Below are positions 39,052 through 48,185 of a stretch of DNA of 64,000 bases, piece by piece. Below the pieces are notes generated by a model, which saw nothing but the letters and a program-made list of their open reading frames with translations, was not told where the DNA came from and made no database searches. The translations under genes were made by a program, and so were the position numbers. Each line of letters opens with the position of its first letter. The stretch's first letter is position 1. This DNA is from an uncultured Lachnospiraceae bacterium (GTDB lineage Bacteria > Bacillota > Clostridia > Lachnospirales > Lachnospiraceae). Where the stretch lies: the NCBI GenBank assembly GCA_949484645.1, contig CASYOT010000002.1, forward strand, positions 2,912-66,911, given 5' to 3'.

Positions 39052-40362
39052 ATGGGAAAATCCCAAAAACTTTATCAAAGGGCGAAATCAATGATTCCGG
39101 GCGGGACGCAGTTATTGAGCAAGCGCCCTGAAATGTTTTTGCCGGAATACTGGCCGGCATATTATAAGAAGGCAAAAGGATGCTATGTATGGGATCTGGA
39201 TGACCGTAAATATATGGATGCAAGTTATATGGGAATAGGCGCGAATGTCCTTGGATATGCAGATGAGGATATAGATCTTGCCGTTAAATGGGCCATTTCT
39301 AACGGGAGTATGTGTACATTAAATGCGCCGGAAGAAGTGGCTTTGGCGGAAAAAATTATAGAATTACATCCGTGGGCAACGCAGGTCAGATATGCAAAAA
39401 CAGGCGGTGAAGCATTGGCGGTTGCAGTCCGCATTGCGCGGGCATATGCAAAAAAGGACATGATTCTATTTTGTGGGTACCATGGCTGGAGTGATTGGTA
39501 TCTGGCTGCAAATTTAAGTGAGGATTCGGCGCTGGACGGTCATTTGATTCAGGGATTAGAGCCGGCGGGCGTACCGCGGGGATTGGCGCAGACAGCGTTT
39601 CCATTCCGTTATAATGACATAAACAATTTTTTAGAGCTTATTGAAGCATACAAAGGGAGGATTGCGGCAGTCGTTTTAGAGCCGATTCGGAATATTTATC
39701 CGAAAAATGATTTCTTGCAGACTGTCCGGGAAGTGACGAAAAGAGAGGATATTGTCTTGATAGCGGACGAGGTGTCTGCCGGATTCCGTTTGAATTGCGG
39801 AGGGGCGCATCTTACATTAGGATTTGAACCGGATATGGCAGTGTTGGCGAAGGCGTTAGGCAACGGGTATCCGATGTCTGTTATTTTTGGGAAAGCCGGA
39901 TATATGGAATCTGCGCAGAGCACATTTATCAGCAGCACTTACTGGACGGAACGGACGGGACTTTGCGCGGCGCTGGCCGTTATCAAAAAATACCAAACAG
40001 AGCATGTAGAAAAACATCTTGACAGAATAGGGAAGATGGTTTTAGGGGGCTGGAAAGATGCGGCCAACCAATATGGGGTAAAGATAAAGCTTTCCGGCAT
40101 ACCGCCGCTGGCCCACTTTGAATTTGAATTGGACAGCCCGCTTGCATACAATACTTACTTTACGCAAGAAATGTTGAAAAAAGGATTTTTGGCAACGAAT
40201 GCGTTTTATGCGTCGTATGCGCATAAGGAAACGGATATTTTGGAATATTTGAATGCGGCAAACCAAGTGTTTCGGCAAATATCGGAAATTACAGCATCGT
40301 CAGATATTATGCGGCATTTAGACGGCCCATTGCGCCAGACCGGATTTCAAAGGCTTACCTGA
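39052..40362 (+). CDS. class III (glutamate-1-semialdehyde aminomutase-like) PLP aminotransferase
   Basis: N-terminus SQKLYQRAKSMIPGGTQLLSKRP... and internal ...EPI...NDFLQ..REV...IVLIADEV..GFR resemble HemL-family enzymes; AAGGAGGGG RBS. Confidence 0.7.
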   Translation: MGKSQKLYQRAKSMIPGGTQLLSKRPEMFLPEYWPAYYKKAKGCYVWDLDDRKYMDASYMGIGANVLGYADEDIDLAVKWAISNGSMCTLNAPEEVALAEKIIELHPWATQVRYAKTGGEALAVAVRIARAYAKKDMILFCGYHGWSDWYLAANLSEDSALDGHLIQGLEPAGVPRGLAQTAFPFRYNDINNFLELIEAYKGRIAAVVLEPIRNIYPKNDFLQTVREVTKREDIVLIADEVSAGFRLNCGGAHLTLGFEPDMAVLAKALGNGYPMSVIFGKAGYMESAQSTFISSTYWTERTGLCAALAVIKKYQTEHVEKHLDRIGKMVLGGWKDAANQYGVKIKLSGIPPLAHFEFELDSPLAYNTYFTQEMLKKGFLATNAFYASYAHKETDILEYLNAANQVFRQISEITASSDIMRHLDGPLRQTGFQRLT

Positions 40363-40386
40363 CACTGGAAGTAGGAGAAAGGGAAT

Positions 40387-41427
40387 ATGGAAATGAAAAT
40401 GTATCAGCTTATGAAAGAGCGCGCCTATGTAATTGCGGAAATGTCGGCAAATCATGCGGGCTCGAAAGAAACCGCGGTAAAACTAATTCATGCAGCGAAA
40501 ATGGCGGGAGCGGACTGTGTGAAAATACAGACTTACACGGCGGATACGATGACGTTAGATTGTGATAACGCATATTTTCATATTGGAGATGGGACATGGA
40601 AAGGCGATACACTGTATTCTTTGTATGAAAAAGCGTATATGCCATGGGAATGGCAGGCGGAATTAAAGGAGGTCACAGAGACATTAGGCATGGATTTTTT
40701 GTCCACTCCATTTGATAAGACGTCGGTGGATTTTTTGGAAAGCCTTGACGTGGCGGCGTATAAGATTGCATCGTTTGAGCTGACAGATCTTCCGCTGATT
40801 CAGTATGTGGCATCGAAAGGAAAACCGGTGATTCTGTCGACGGGCATGGCGGAGTTGTATGAAATAGACGAAGCTGTAAAAACAATCCAGAGGGAACATA
40901 ATTCTCAAATTATTTTAATGCACTGCGCAAGCGCGTATCCGGCGATTACAGAGGATATGAATTTGTATACAATGCAAAATCTAAAAGAGGTTTATCAAGT
41001 TCCGGTCGGGCTGTCCGATCATTCCATGGGTTCTGTCGGAGCCATTACAGCGGTGGCGTTAGGCGCGCAAATTATTGAAAAACATTTTTGCCTTGACCGG
41101 GCCATTGAAACGCCGGATTCCTCATTTTCCATGAACCCTGCTGAGTTTCGGCAGATGGTATGTGACATACGGCAGGCGGAAAAAGCGTTAGGATCGGTCC
41201 GGTATGGGGTGAAAAGCCAAGAAAATCCAAATCTTGGCTTTAGGAGGTCTATTTTTGTCACCCAAGACATTAAAAAGGGGCAGAAGCTGACAGAAGAAAA
41301 TATCCGGGTGATTCGGCCGGGATATGGGGCGCCGCCTAAATTTTATGGGGAAGCCTTGGGACAGACGGCTTTAAGTGACCTGAAAAGAGGCACACCTCTT
41401 AAGATTTCGGATATAGGAAGTGTGTAA
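40387..41427 (+). CDS. pseI: nonulosonic acid synthase, NeuB family (pseudaminic acid synthase candidate)
   Basis: YVIAEMSANHAGSKETAVKLIHAAKMAGADCVKIQTY NeuB N-terminal TIM-barrel signature and C-terminal SAF domain (IFVTQDIKKGQKLTEENIRVIRPG); syntenic with pseG/C/H. Confidence 0.8.
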   Translation: MEMKMYQLMKERAYVIAEMSANHAGSKETAVKLIHAAKMAGADCVKIQTYTADTMTLDCDNAYFHIGDGTWKGDTLYSLYEKAYMPWEWQAELKEVTETLGMDFLSTPFDKTSVDFLESLDVAAYKIASFELTDLPLIQYVASKGKPVILSTGMAELYEIDEAVKTIQREHNSQIILMHCASAYPAITEDMNLYTMQNLKEVYQVPVGLSDHSMGSVGAITAVALGAQIIEKHFCLDRAIETPDSSFSMNPAEFRQMVCDIRQAEKALGSVRYGVKSQENPNLGFRRSIFVTQDIKKGQKLTEENIRVIRPGYGAPPKFYGEALGQTALSDLKRGTPLKISDIGSV

Positions 41428-41442
41428 AAAGAGGGGCGGCTT

Positions 41443-42447
41443 ATGAAAAAAAGAGTGTATATCCGGGCGGACATGAACCCTCAAATAGCGACCGGCCATA
41501 TCAGGCGCTGCCTTGCAATTTCAGACGCGGTCAGGGAACTTGGGGGAGAGGCGGTTTTTTTGACGGCGGATTTTAATGCAAAACGGCTGTTAGAAGAACA
41601 TGGGCTAAGATATTATGTTTTAAACAGCAGATGGGATAGGATGCAAGATGAATTAGAGACATTGTATCAGATAATCCAGAAAGAAAATATAGATACATTA
41701 TTAATTGACAGTTATCAGGTTACAAAAAAGTATTTGGAAAATCTTAAGAAAGCTGTTAAAATTGTATTGCTGGATGATTTATTTTTGTTTGATTATCCGG
41801 CAGACGAAATCATATGTTACGCAAATTACTGCCATCAGTTTCCCTATGATAAAAAAAGATATGAAAACTTATATTTGGGCATGGACTATACACCCCTGCG
41901 GCGTGTGTTTTGGAAGCCCGAAAAGAAGGAAATCCGAAAAGAAATCAGGCGGGTTTTGGTCTGTTCCGGTGGCAGTGATATGTTTGGGGCGATAGAAACG
42001 ATAGTGGGGAAATTAAAAGATCGGTATGAGTGTATCGATGCAGTTTGCGGATTGTATTCTGATTCGTATGAAAAGCTGTTGGAAACTTATGGAGGATATA
42101 AAAATATCCGAATCGTAAAAGACGTAAAAGATATTGAAACTTATATGCTTCAGGCAGATGTGGCAATTTCTGCGGGCGGGACTGCGTTGTATGAATTATG
42201 CGCAGTTGGCGCGCCGGCCATTTCTTATGCAATAGCGGACAACCAGCTTAAAAATGTTATGCAGTTTGAAAAAGACGGTCTCATTTCATATGCCGGGGAC
42301 ATACGGCGGGAAGATATTAGTGAAAACGTTTTAACTTATTTAGAGAAATATGAGAGCCAAACGACGCGCAGCGAATTGTCACGGAAAATGCAAAGCGCTG
42401 TTGATGGAAAGGGCGCGGTTAGGATTGCAAAGGCTCTCATGGAATAG
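41443..42447 (+). CDS. pseG: UDP-2,4-diacetamido-2,4,6-trideoxy-beta-L-altropyranose hydrolase (PseG, GT-B/MurG-like)
   Basis: RADMNPQIATGHIRRCLAISDAV matches the PseG N-terminal signature (R.D.s..iG.GH..R.L.La); 334 aa. Confidence 0.75.
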   Translation: MKKRVYIRADMNPQIATGHIRRCLAISDAVRELGGEAVFLTADFNAKRLLEEHGLRYYVLNSRWDRMQDELETLYQIIQKENIDTLLIDSYQVTKKYLENLKKAVKIVLLDDLFLFDYPADEIICYANYCHQFPYDKKRYENLYLGMDYTPLRRVFWKPEKKEIRKEIRRVLVCSGGSDMFGAIETIVGKLKDRYECIDAVCGLYSDSYEKLLETYGGYKNIRIVKDVKDIETYMLQADVAISAGGTALYELCAVGAPAISYAIADNQLKNVMQFEKDGLISYAGDIRREDISENVLTYLEKYESQTTRSELSRKMQSAVDGKGAVRIAKALME

Positions 42448-42453
42448 AAGCAG

Positions 42454-43584
42454 GTGATGAAAATGTATATTCCATATGGAAAGCAGTTTATAGATGAAGA
42501 AGATATAGCGGCAGTGGTTGAGACGCTGAAAAGCGATTGCATTACGACAGGCCCTAGGATAGCGGAGTTTGAGCAGGCTGTGTGTGAGTATACAGGGGCG
42601 AAATACGCGGTGGCGGTTTCGAGTGGAACGGCGGCTCTGCATATTGCCTGTCTGGCGGCAGGCATAGGAAAAGATGACGAAGCAGTTACGTCTCCGATGA
42701 CATTTGCGGCATCTGCAAATTGTGTGTTGTATTGTGGGGGAAGGCCTGTTTTTGCGGACATTAAACCAGATACCTATAACTTAGATCCGAATGACGTTAG
42801 AAGGAAAATAACGAATAAGACGAAAGCGGTCATTGCGGTAGATTATACAGGGCAGCCGTGTGAGTTGGAAGAATTAAAACAAATTGCAAAAGAACGTCAG
42901 TTGTATTTGATTGAAGATGCGGCTCATGCCATAGGGGCGGAATACAAGGGCAGGCGGGTAGGCTCAATTTCTGATATGACGACATTCAGTCTGCATCCGG
43001 TTAAACATATTACGAGCGGAGAGGGCGGCATTGTAACGACAAATAATAAGGAACTCTATAAAAAATTGATTTTATTCCGGAATCATGGTATAACAAGAGA
43101 GAGAGAAGCTATGACGAAAATGGAAGGCGGCTGGTATTACGAACAGTTAGATTTGGGGTATAATTACCGGATTACTGATTTTCAGTGCGCGCTTGCCGCA
43201 TCACAGCTTAAAAAATTAGATCGGTTTATACAAAAAAGGACGGAACTTGCCGGACGCTATGAGTATGCGTTTCAAGATATGGAAGATGTCGTTTGCCCGT
43301 ATCAAAAAGAAGGATGCAAAAACAGTTGGCATTTATATGTGATACAGGTGAAAAACAGGGCAGAGACATTCCGGAAAATGAGAGAAGCCGGGATTGGCGT
43401 AAATGTGCACTATATTCCGGTTTATAAGCATCCGTATTATCAGAGCCTTGGATATGGAAATGTAGAATGTAAAAATGCAGAATCGCTATATCAGCATATT
43501 ATCAGTTTGCCTCTCTATTATATGCTTACATATGAACAGCAGGATTATGTGATTGGGCAGTTAAAGAAAATTTTAATGGGATAA
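42454..43584 (+). CDS. pseC: DegT/DnrJ/EryC1-family PLP aminotransferase (PseC-like UDP-4-keto-6-deoxy sugar aminotransferase)
   Basis: IPYGKQFIDEEDIAAVVETLKSDCITTGPRIAEFEQAV...AVSSGTAALHIA typical of PseC/DegT; 376 aa. Confidence 0.8.
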   Translation: MMKMYIPYGKQFIDEEDIAAVVETLKSDCITTGPRIAEFEQAVCEYTGAKYAVAVSSGTAALHIACLAAGIGKDDEAVTSPMTFAASANCVLYCGGRPVFADIKPDTYNLDPNDVRRKITNKTKAVIAVDYTGQPCELEELKQIAKERQLYLIEDAAHAIGAEYKGRRVGSISDMTTFSLHPVKHITSGEGGIVTTNNKELYKKLILFRNHGITREREAMTKMEGGWYYEQLDLGYNYRITDFQCALAASQLKKLDRFIQKRTELAGRYEYAFQDMEDVVCPYQKEGCKNSWHLYVIQVKNRAETFRKMREAGIGVNVHYIPVYKHPYYQSLGYGNVECKNAESLYQHIISLPLYYMLTYEQQDYVIGQLKKILMG

Positions 43585-43594
43585 GGGGCATTTT

Positions 43595-44047
43595 ATGGAA
43601 GGTTATTTGAAAGCGGCGGAAGAATCAGATATGGATATTTTGTTTGAATGGGCGAATGACCCCATTGTCCGCCAAAATTCTTTCCATTCAGAAAGAATAC
43701 TTTATGAGGATCATAAGAAATGGTTTTATGGCATATTAGAGGGCAGTGGATGCAGGCAATATATTTATATTTGTAATAATGAAAAAATCGGACAGGCGCG
43801 TATTACAGTAAACGGATTTGAAGCAGAAATTTCGTATAGCATATGTCCGCAAAAAAGAAATCAGGGGCATGGGGCAAAGTTATTACAGTTAATCTATCGG
43901 CAAGTGAAAGAGGAGTTTCCTCAGATTCGGAAATTGATAGGAAAAGTCAAACCAGAAAATATTGCGTCTGCCAAAGCGTTTCTTCACGCAGGTTATGGGG
44001 AGCAGTATTCTGTTTATGAAAGGCAGATGGAGTTACAGGCAGAGTAA
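43595..44047 (+). CDS. pseH: GNAT-family N-acetyltransferase (PseH-like)
   Basis: 150 aa; ILFEWANDPIVRQNSF N-terminus and GNAT core (RNQGHGAKLL); position directly after pseC. Confidence 0.65.
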   Translation: MEGYLKAAEESDMDILFEWANDPIVRQNSFHSERILYEDHKKWFYGILEGSGCRQYIYICNNEKIGQARITVNGFEAEISYSICPQKRNQGHGAKLLQLIYRQVKEEFPQIRKLIGKVKPENIASAKAFLHAGYGEQYSVYERQMELQAE

Positions 44048-44128
44048 AATATTGGAAAAACGGAACCGTTTTCGGCAAATATGTGGTAAGGTGAGAGACG
44101 AAAATAGGAGAAAAGCAGAGGTGTCTAA

Positions 44129-44908
44129 ATGAAAGTGATTATTTTGGCAGGCGGGCTGCCAAGCACATTAATTGAAGAAGATGAAAAAATGCCGAAACCT
44201 ATGGCGGAAATTGGCGGAAGGCCGATGCTTTGGCACATTATGAAACAATATTCGTATTATGGCTACAATGAATTTATTATTTGCACCGGTTATAAGGGTG
44301 ACGTGATCAAAGAGTATTTTATGAATTTTTATATCTATCAATCGGACATCACGGTGGATTTACAGACGAATGCCGTTAAACTGCATAGAAAACAAACGGA
44401 AGATTGGAAAGTGTCTATTATAGATACGGGATTGTCTTCTTCTATTATTGACCGCTTGTATATGATACGGGACTATATTGAGCAGGAAGCCGCTCTGGTT
44501 TCTTATGGAGACTGCCTTTCAGATATCAACATTGCGAAAATGGCAGAAGAACATAAAAGACACAAAAAAGCCGCGACATTTGCCGCCGCGCATCCAACTG
44601 GGAGAAATGAGATTCTGCCGATGAATGACATTGGGGAATATCACAGTTTACAGCAAAGCGGGATAAAGGAAGATGCGTGGGTAAACGCCTGCAATATGAT
44701 TTTAGAGCCACAGGCGTTTGATTCTATAGGAAACAGCATAAAACAGTCTATGCCCCTGCCCTTGATTGACTGTCTGGCGACTCAAGGGGGGATACATATG
44801 TACCGCCATAGTGGTTTTTGGTCTCCGGTTGAGACGGTAAGGGATAAAACTTGGCTGGAAGGTTTGTGGGCTCAGGGACAAGCACCGTGGAAGGTTTGGG
44901 AAGACTAG
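44129..44908 (+). CDS. glucose-1-phosphate cytidylyltransferase-like protein with degenerate nucleotide-binding loop
   Basis: Aligns with the RfbF-like protein at 46012 (MKVIILAGG...KPMAEIGGRPMLWHIMKQYSYYG..EFIICTGYKG..IKEYF.N.Y) but the G-loop reads GGLPSTL instead of GGKGTRI. Confidence 0.6.
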   Translation: MKVIILAGGLPSTLIEEDEKMPKPMAEIGGRPMLWHIMKQYSYYGYNEFIICTGYKGDVIKEYFMNFYIYQSDITVDLQTNAVKLHRKQTEDWKVSIIDTGLSSSIIDRLYMIRDYIEQEAALVSYGDCLSDINIAKMAEEHKRHKKAATFAAAHPTGRNEILPMNDIGEYHSLQQSGIKEDAWVNACNMILEPQAFDSIGNSIKQSMPLPLIDCLATQGGIHMYRHSGFWSPVETVRDKTWLEGLWAQGQAPWKVWED

Positions 44909-44953
44909 CCCAAGGTTAGTTTTATGCACAATACATAAAAGGAGGGCTGAAAA

Positions 44954-46015
44954 TTGAGTATATTGGATTTTTACCGGGATAAAACTGTTTTAGTCACGGG
45001 CCATACCGGATTTAAAGGAAGCTGGCTGTGCGTGATGCTTCAAATGGCAGGCGCAAATGTAGTAGGTTATGCGTTAAAGCCGGAAAGGGAATCACTGTAT
45101 GCGTTATCAAAAGCGGGCAGGCAGATGGAGTCCGTTGAAGGAGATGTCCGTGATTTAAACCATTTAAAGTCTGTATTCCGGCAATATCAGCCGGAGCTGG
45201 TATTTCATTTAGCGGCTCAGCCTATTGTACGGACAAGTTATGAAGATCCTGTCTTTACCTATGAAACAAACGTAATGGGAACGGTCAATCTGTTAGAGAG
45301 CGTAAGAACAGTTTCAAGCGTTGCCGCAATTTTAAATGTCACAACCGATAAAGTTTATGAAAACAGGGAATGGGAGTGGGGCTACCGTGAAACAGATCCG
45401 TTAGACGGATATGATCCTTACTCAAACAGCAAATCCTGTTCGGAATTGGTAACGCACAGCTACAAGAAATCTTTTTTCGATTCCATGGGAACCGCAGTTT
45501 CTACGGCAAGGGCAGGAAATGTCATTGGCGGCGGGGATTTTGCAAAAGACCGGATTATTCCGGACTGCATACGGGCGGCAATGGAAGGGAAAGAAATTGT
45601 AATCCGCAACCCATACTCGATACGGCCGTTCCAGCATGTGTTAGAGCCGCTTGGCGCCTATTTAATGATTATGCAACAGCAGGCGCGTTTTCCGGAAAAA
45701 CAGGGATATTATAATGTGGGGCCAGAGGAAGGAGACTGCATTACGGTAGGCGCATTAGCGGATTTGTTTTGTGAAGAATGGAAAGACGGCGCTTCTTGGA
45801 AAAATATTTGTGACGAAGGCCCTCACGAAGCGGCCTATTTAAAACTGGACTGTTCTCACATAAAACATAACATCGGCTGGAAACCCCGCTGGAATATCCA
45901 AAAGGCAGTGGAAAAAACGGTGGAATGGACAAAGGCATACCAGTCGCATGGAGACGTCAGGGCGTGTATGGAACGCCAGATTCATGAATTTTACAAAGGA
46001 AGAACAACGATATGA
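44954..46015 (+). CDS. rfbG: CDP-glucose 4,6-dehydratase (RfbG/DdhB-like)
   Basis: FYRDKTVLVTGHTGFKGSWL signature of CDP-glucose 4,6-dehydratase; TTG start after AAAGGAGGG RBS; 353 aa. Confidence 0.8.
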   Translation: MSILDFYRDKTVLVTGHTGFKGSWLCVMLQMAGANVVGYALKPERESLYALSKAGRQMESVEGDVRDLNHLKSVFRQYQPELVFHLAAQPIVRTSYEDPVFTYETNVMGTVNLLESVRTVSSVAAILNVTTDKVYENREWEWGYRETDPLDGYDPYSNSKSCSELVTHSYKKSFFDSMGTAVSTARAGNVIGGGDFAKDRIIPDCIRAAMEGKEIVIRNPYSIRPFQHVLEPLGAYLMIMQQQARFPEKQGYYNVGPEEGDCITVGALADLFCEEWKDGASWKNICDEGPHEAAYLKLDCSHIKHNIGWKPRWNIQKAVEKTVEWTKAYQSHGDVRACMERQIHEFYKGRTTI

Positions 46016-46785
46016 AAGTAGTCATTTTAGCGGGCGGAAAAGGGACGAGAATCAGTGAGGAGTCAAGGCTGCGTCCAAAACCAATGGTGGAAATTGGCGG
46101 AAAACCAATCCTTTGGCACATTATGCGCCAATATGCCGCATATGGATTTTGCGAGTTTATTATTTGCTGTGGCTATAAAGGGCATATGATAAAAGAATAT
46201 TTTGTCAATTATTACCGGAATAACAGCCAAATCGAAATTAGCCTGAAAAACCAGCAAGCACAGGTGTTAGTGAAAAACAGCGAGCCATGGAAAGTGACAT
46301 TGGTGGATACGGGACTTGAAACGCTGACCGCCGGCAGGATATTAAAGGTGAGGGACTATATCGGAGACGAGCCGTTTTTTCTGACGTATGGAGACGGCGT
46401 GTCCAATGTAAATATCCATGAGTTGTTGAAATTCCATAAGGAGCAAAAGAAAACCGTAACGATATCAACGACACAGCCGGAAGGCAGGTTTGGGGCATTA
46501 CAGCTCGATGGATCGGGGACGCAGATTCTTGGGTTTAAGGAAAAAGCAAGGGCGGATCAAGCTTGGGTCAACATTGGTTTTATGGCGTTAGAGCCGTCCG
46601 TTTACCCATATTTGGGAGATGGAAACGCAATGTTAGAAGCCCTTCCGTTTGAGCGGTTAGCCAGAGACGGACAAATGGCGGCATATAAACATACCGGATT
46701 TTGGTCTCCGATGGACAATATCCATGACAGGGAATATTTGGAAAAACTATGGAACAGCGGCAGCGCGCCTTGGAGAGTAGGATAG
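46012..46785 (+). CDS. rfbF: glucose-1-phosphate cytidylyltransferase (RfbF/DdhA-like)
   Basis: MKVVILAGGKGTRISEESRLRPKPMVEIGGKPILWHIM signature; 257 aa; 4-nt overlap with rfbG. Confidence 0.85.
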   Translation: MKVVILAGGKGTRISEESRLRPKPMVEIGGKPILWHIMRQYAAYGFCEFIICCGYKGHMIKEYFVNYYRNNSQIEISLKNQQAQVLVKNSEPWKVTLVDTGLETLTAGRILKVRDYIGDEPFFLTYGDGVSNVNIHELLKFHKEQKKTVTISTTQPEGRFGALQLDGSGTQILGFKEKARADQAWVNIGFMALEPSVYPYLGDGNAMLEALPFERLARDGQMAAYKHTGFWSPMDNIHDREYLEKLWNSGSAPWRVG

Positions 46786-46801
46786 AAAGGATAGGGGTAT
46801 T

Positions 46802-48145
46802 ATGTTTGAACAGAAAACAGAAGCAGAGGCAAGGGAAGAAATTCTTACAATGGTGACAGAGTATTGCAAAACATTTCATATGACGAAAAAGGAATATCAG
46901 GAAGGAGACAGGATTTCGTATGCCTCCCGCGTATATGATGAAGCGGAAATGTGGAATCTTGCAGACAGCGCATTGGAATTTTGGCTGACTTCCGGCAGGT
47001 ATACCGAGCGGTTTGAAAAAGAATTCGCAGAGTATATCGGCGTATCTTACTGTTCTCTCGTTAATTCCGGCTCGTCCGCGAATCTGCTTGCGTTTATGGC
47101 TCTTACGTCTCCGTTATTAAAAGAAAGGCGCATATGCCGCGGCGATGAAATTATTACGGTGGCGGCAGGATTCCCGACGACGGTCACGCCCTATCTGCAA
47201 TATGGCGCAGTCCCTGTTTTTTTGGATTTAACGGTTCCGCAGTATAATATCGATACGGAACAATTAGAGCGGGCATTGTCAGATAAGACAAAGGCAGTGA
47301 TGATTGCGCATACACTTGGGAATCCATTTGATTTAAAAACGGTAAAAGAATTTTGTGAGAAACATACGCTATGGCTGATAGAGGACAACTGCGATGCGCT
47401 GGGAAGCGAATATTGTTTGGATGGAGTTTGGAAAAAAACAGGCAGTGTGGGGGATATAGGAACCAGCAGTTTTTACCCGCCGCATCATATGACGATGGGG
47501 GAAGGCGGGGCGGTTTATACTGACAACCCGCTTTTACATAAAATTATCCGTTCGATGCGCGATTGGGGGCGGGATTGTATGTGCCCGTCCGGTCAGGATA
47601 ATCTATGTGGGCATCGGTTTGATAAACAGTATGGCGAATTGCCATTAGGCTATGACCATAAATATGTATATTCCCATTTTGGCTATAATTTAAAAGCGAC
47701 TGATATGCAGGCGGCAATCGGCTGCGCCCAGCTTCAAAAACTGCCGGAATTTACGAAACAAAGGAGAGCAAATTTTAAGCGGTTAAAGGAGCGGTTATCG
47801 GATTTGCAGGATAAACTGATTTTGCCGGAAGCGTGTCCGGATTCAAACCCGTCATGGTTTGGTTTTTTAATTACCTGTAAAGAAGGCGTGGATAAAAATC
47901 AAATCGTTTCTTATTTAGAAGAACATGGCGTACAGACCAGAATGTTATTTTCCGGAAACTTAACGAAACAGCCTTGTTTTGATGAATTGCGTAAGTCAAA
48001 AGAGGGCTACCGGATTGTGGATACGCTGAAACAGACAGACATTATTATGGAAAGAAGTTTTTGGATTGGCGTATATCCCGGAATGACGGATAAGAAGATT
48101 GACGCTATGGCAAAACTGTTAAAGGAAGCGGTGGCGTCCATTTGA
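46802..48145 (+). CDS. rfbH: CDP-6-deoxy-D-xylo-4-hexulose-3-dehydrase (E1, RfbH/DdhC-like, PMP-dependent)
   Basis: 447 aa DegT-fold protein with the RfbH-type N-terminus (...YASRVYDEAEMWNLADSALEFWLTSGRY...EFAEYIGVSYCSLVNSGSSANLLAF). Confidence 0.8.
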   Translation: MFEQKTEAEAREEILTMVTEYCKTFHMTKKEYQEGDRISYASRVYDEAEMWNLADSALEFWLTSGRYTERFEKEFAEYIGVSYCSLVNSGSSANLLAFMALTSPLLKERRICRGDEIITVAAGFPTTVTPYLQYGAVPVFLDLTVPQYNIDTEQLERALSDKTKAVMIAHTLGNPFDLKTVKEFCEKHTLWLIEDNCDALGSEYCLDGVWKKTGSVGDIGTSSFYPPHHMTMGEGGAVYTDNPLLHKIIRSMRDWGRDCMCPSGQDNLCGHRFDKQYGELPLGYDHKYVYSHFGYNLKATDMQAAIGCAQLQKLPEFTKQRRANFKRLKERLSDLQDKLILPEACPDSNPSWFGFLITCKEGVDKNQIVSYLEEHGVQTRMLFSGNLTKQPCFDELRKSKEGYRIVDTLKQTDIIMERSFWIGVYPGMTDKKIDAMAKLLKEAVASI

Positions 48146-48185
48146 CAGGCATTCTATCCATAGGCGGGAAGGAATTAAAAGAAAA

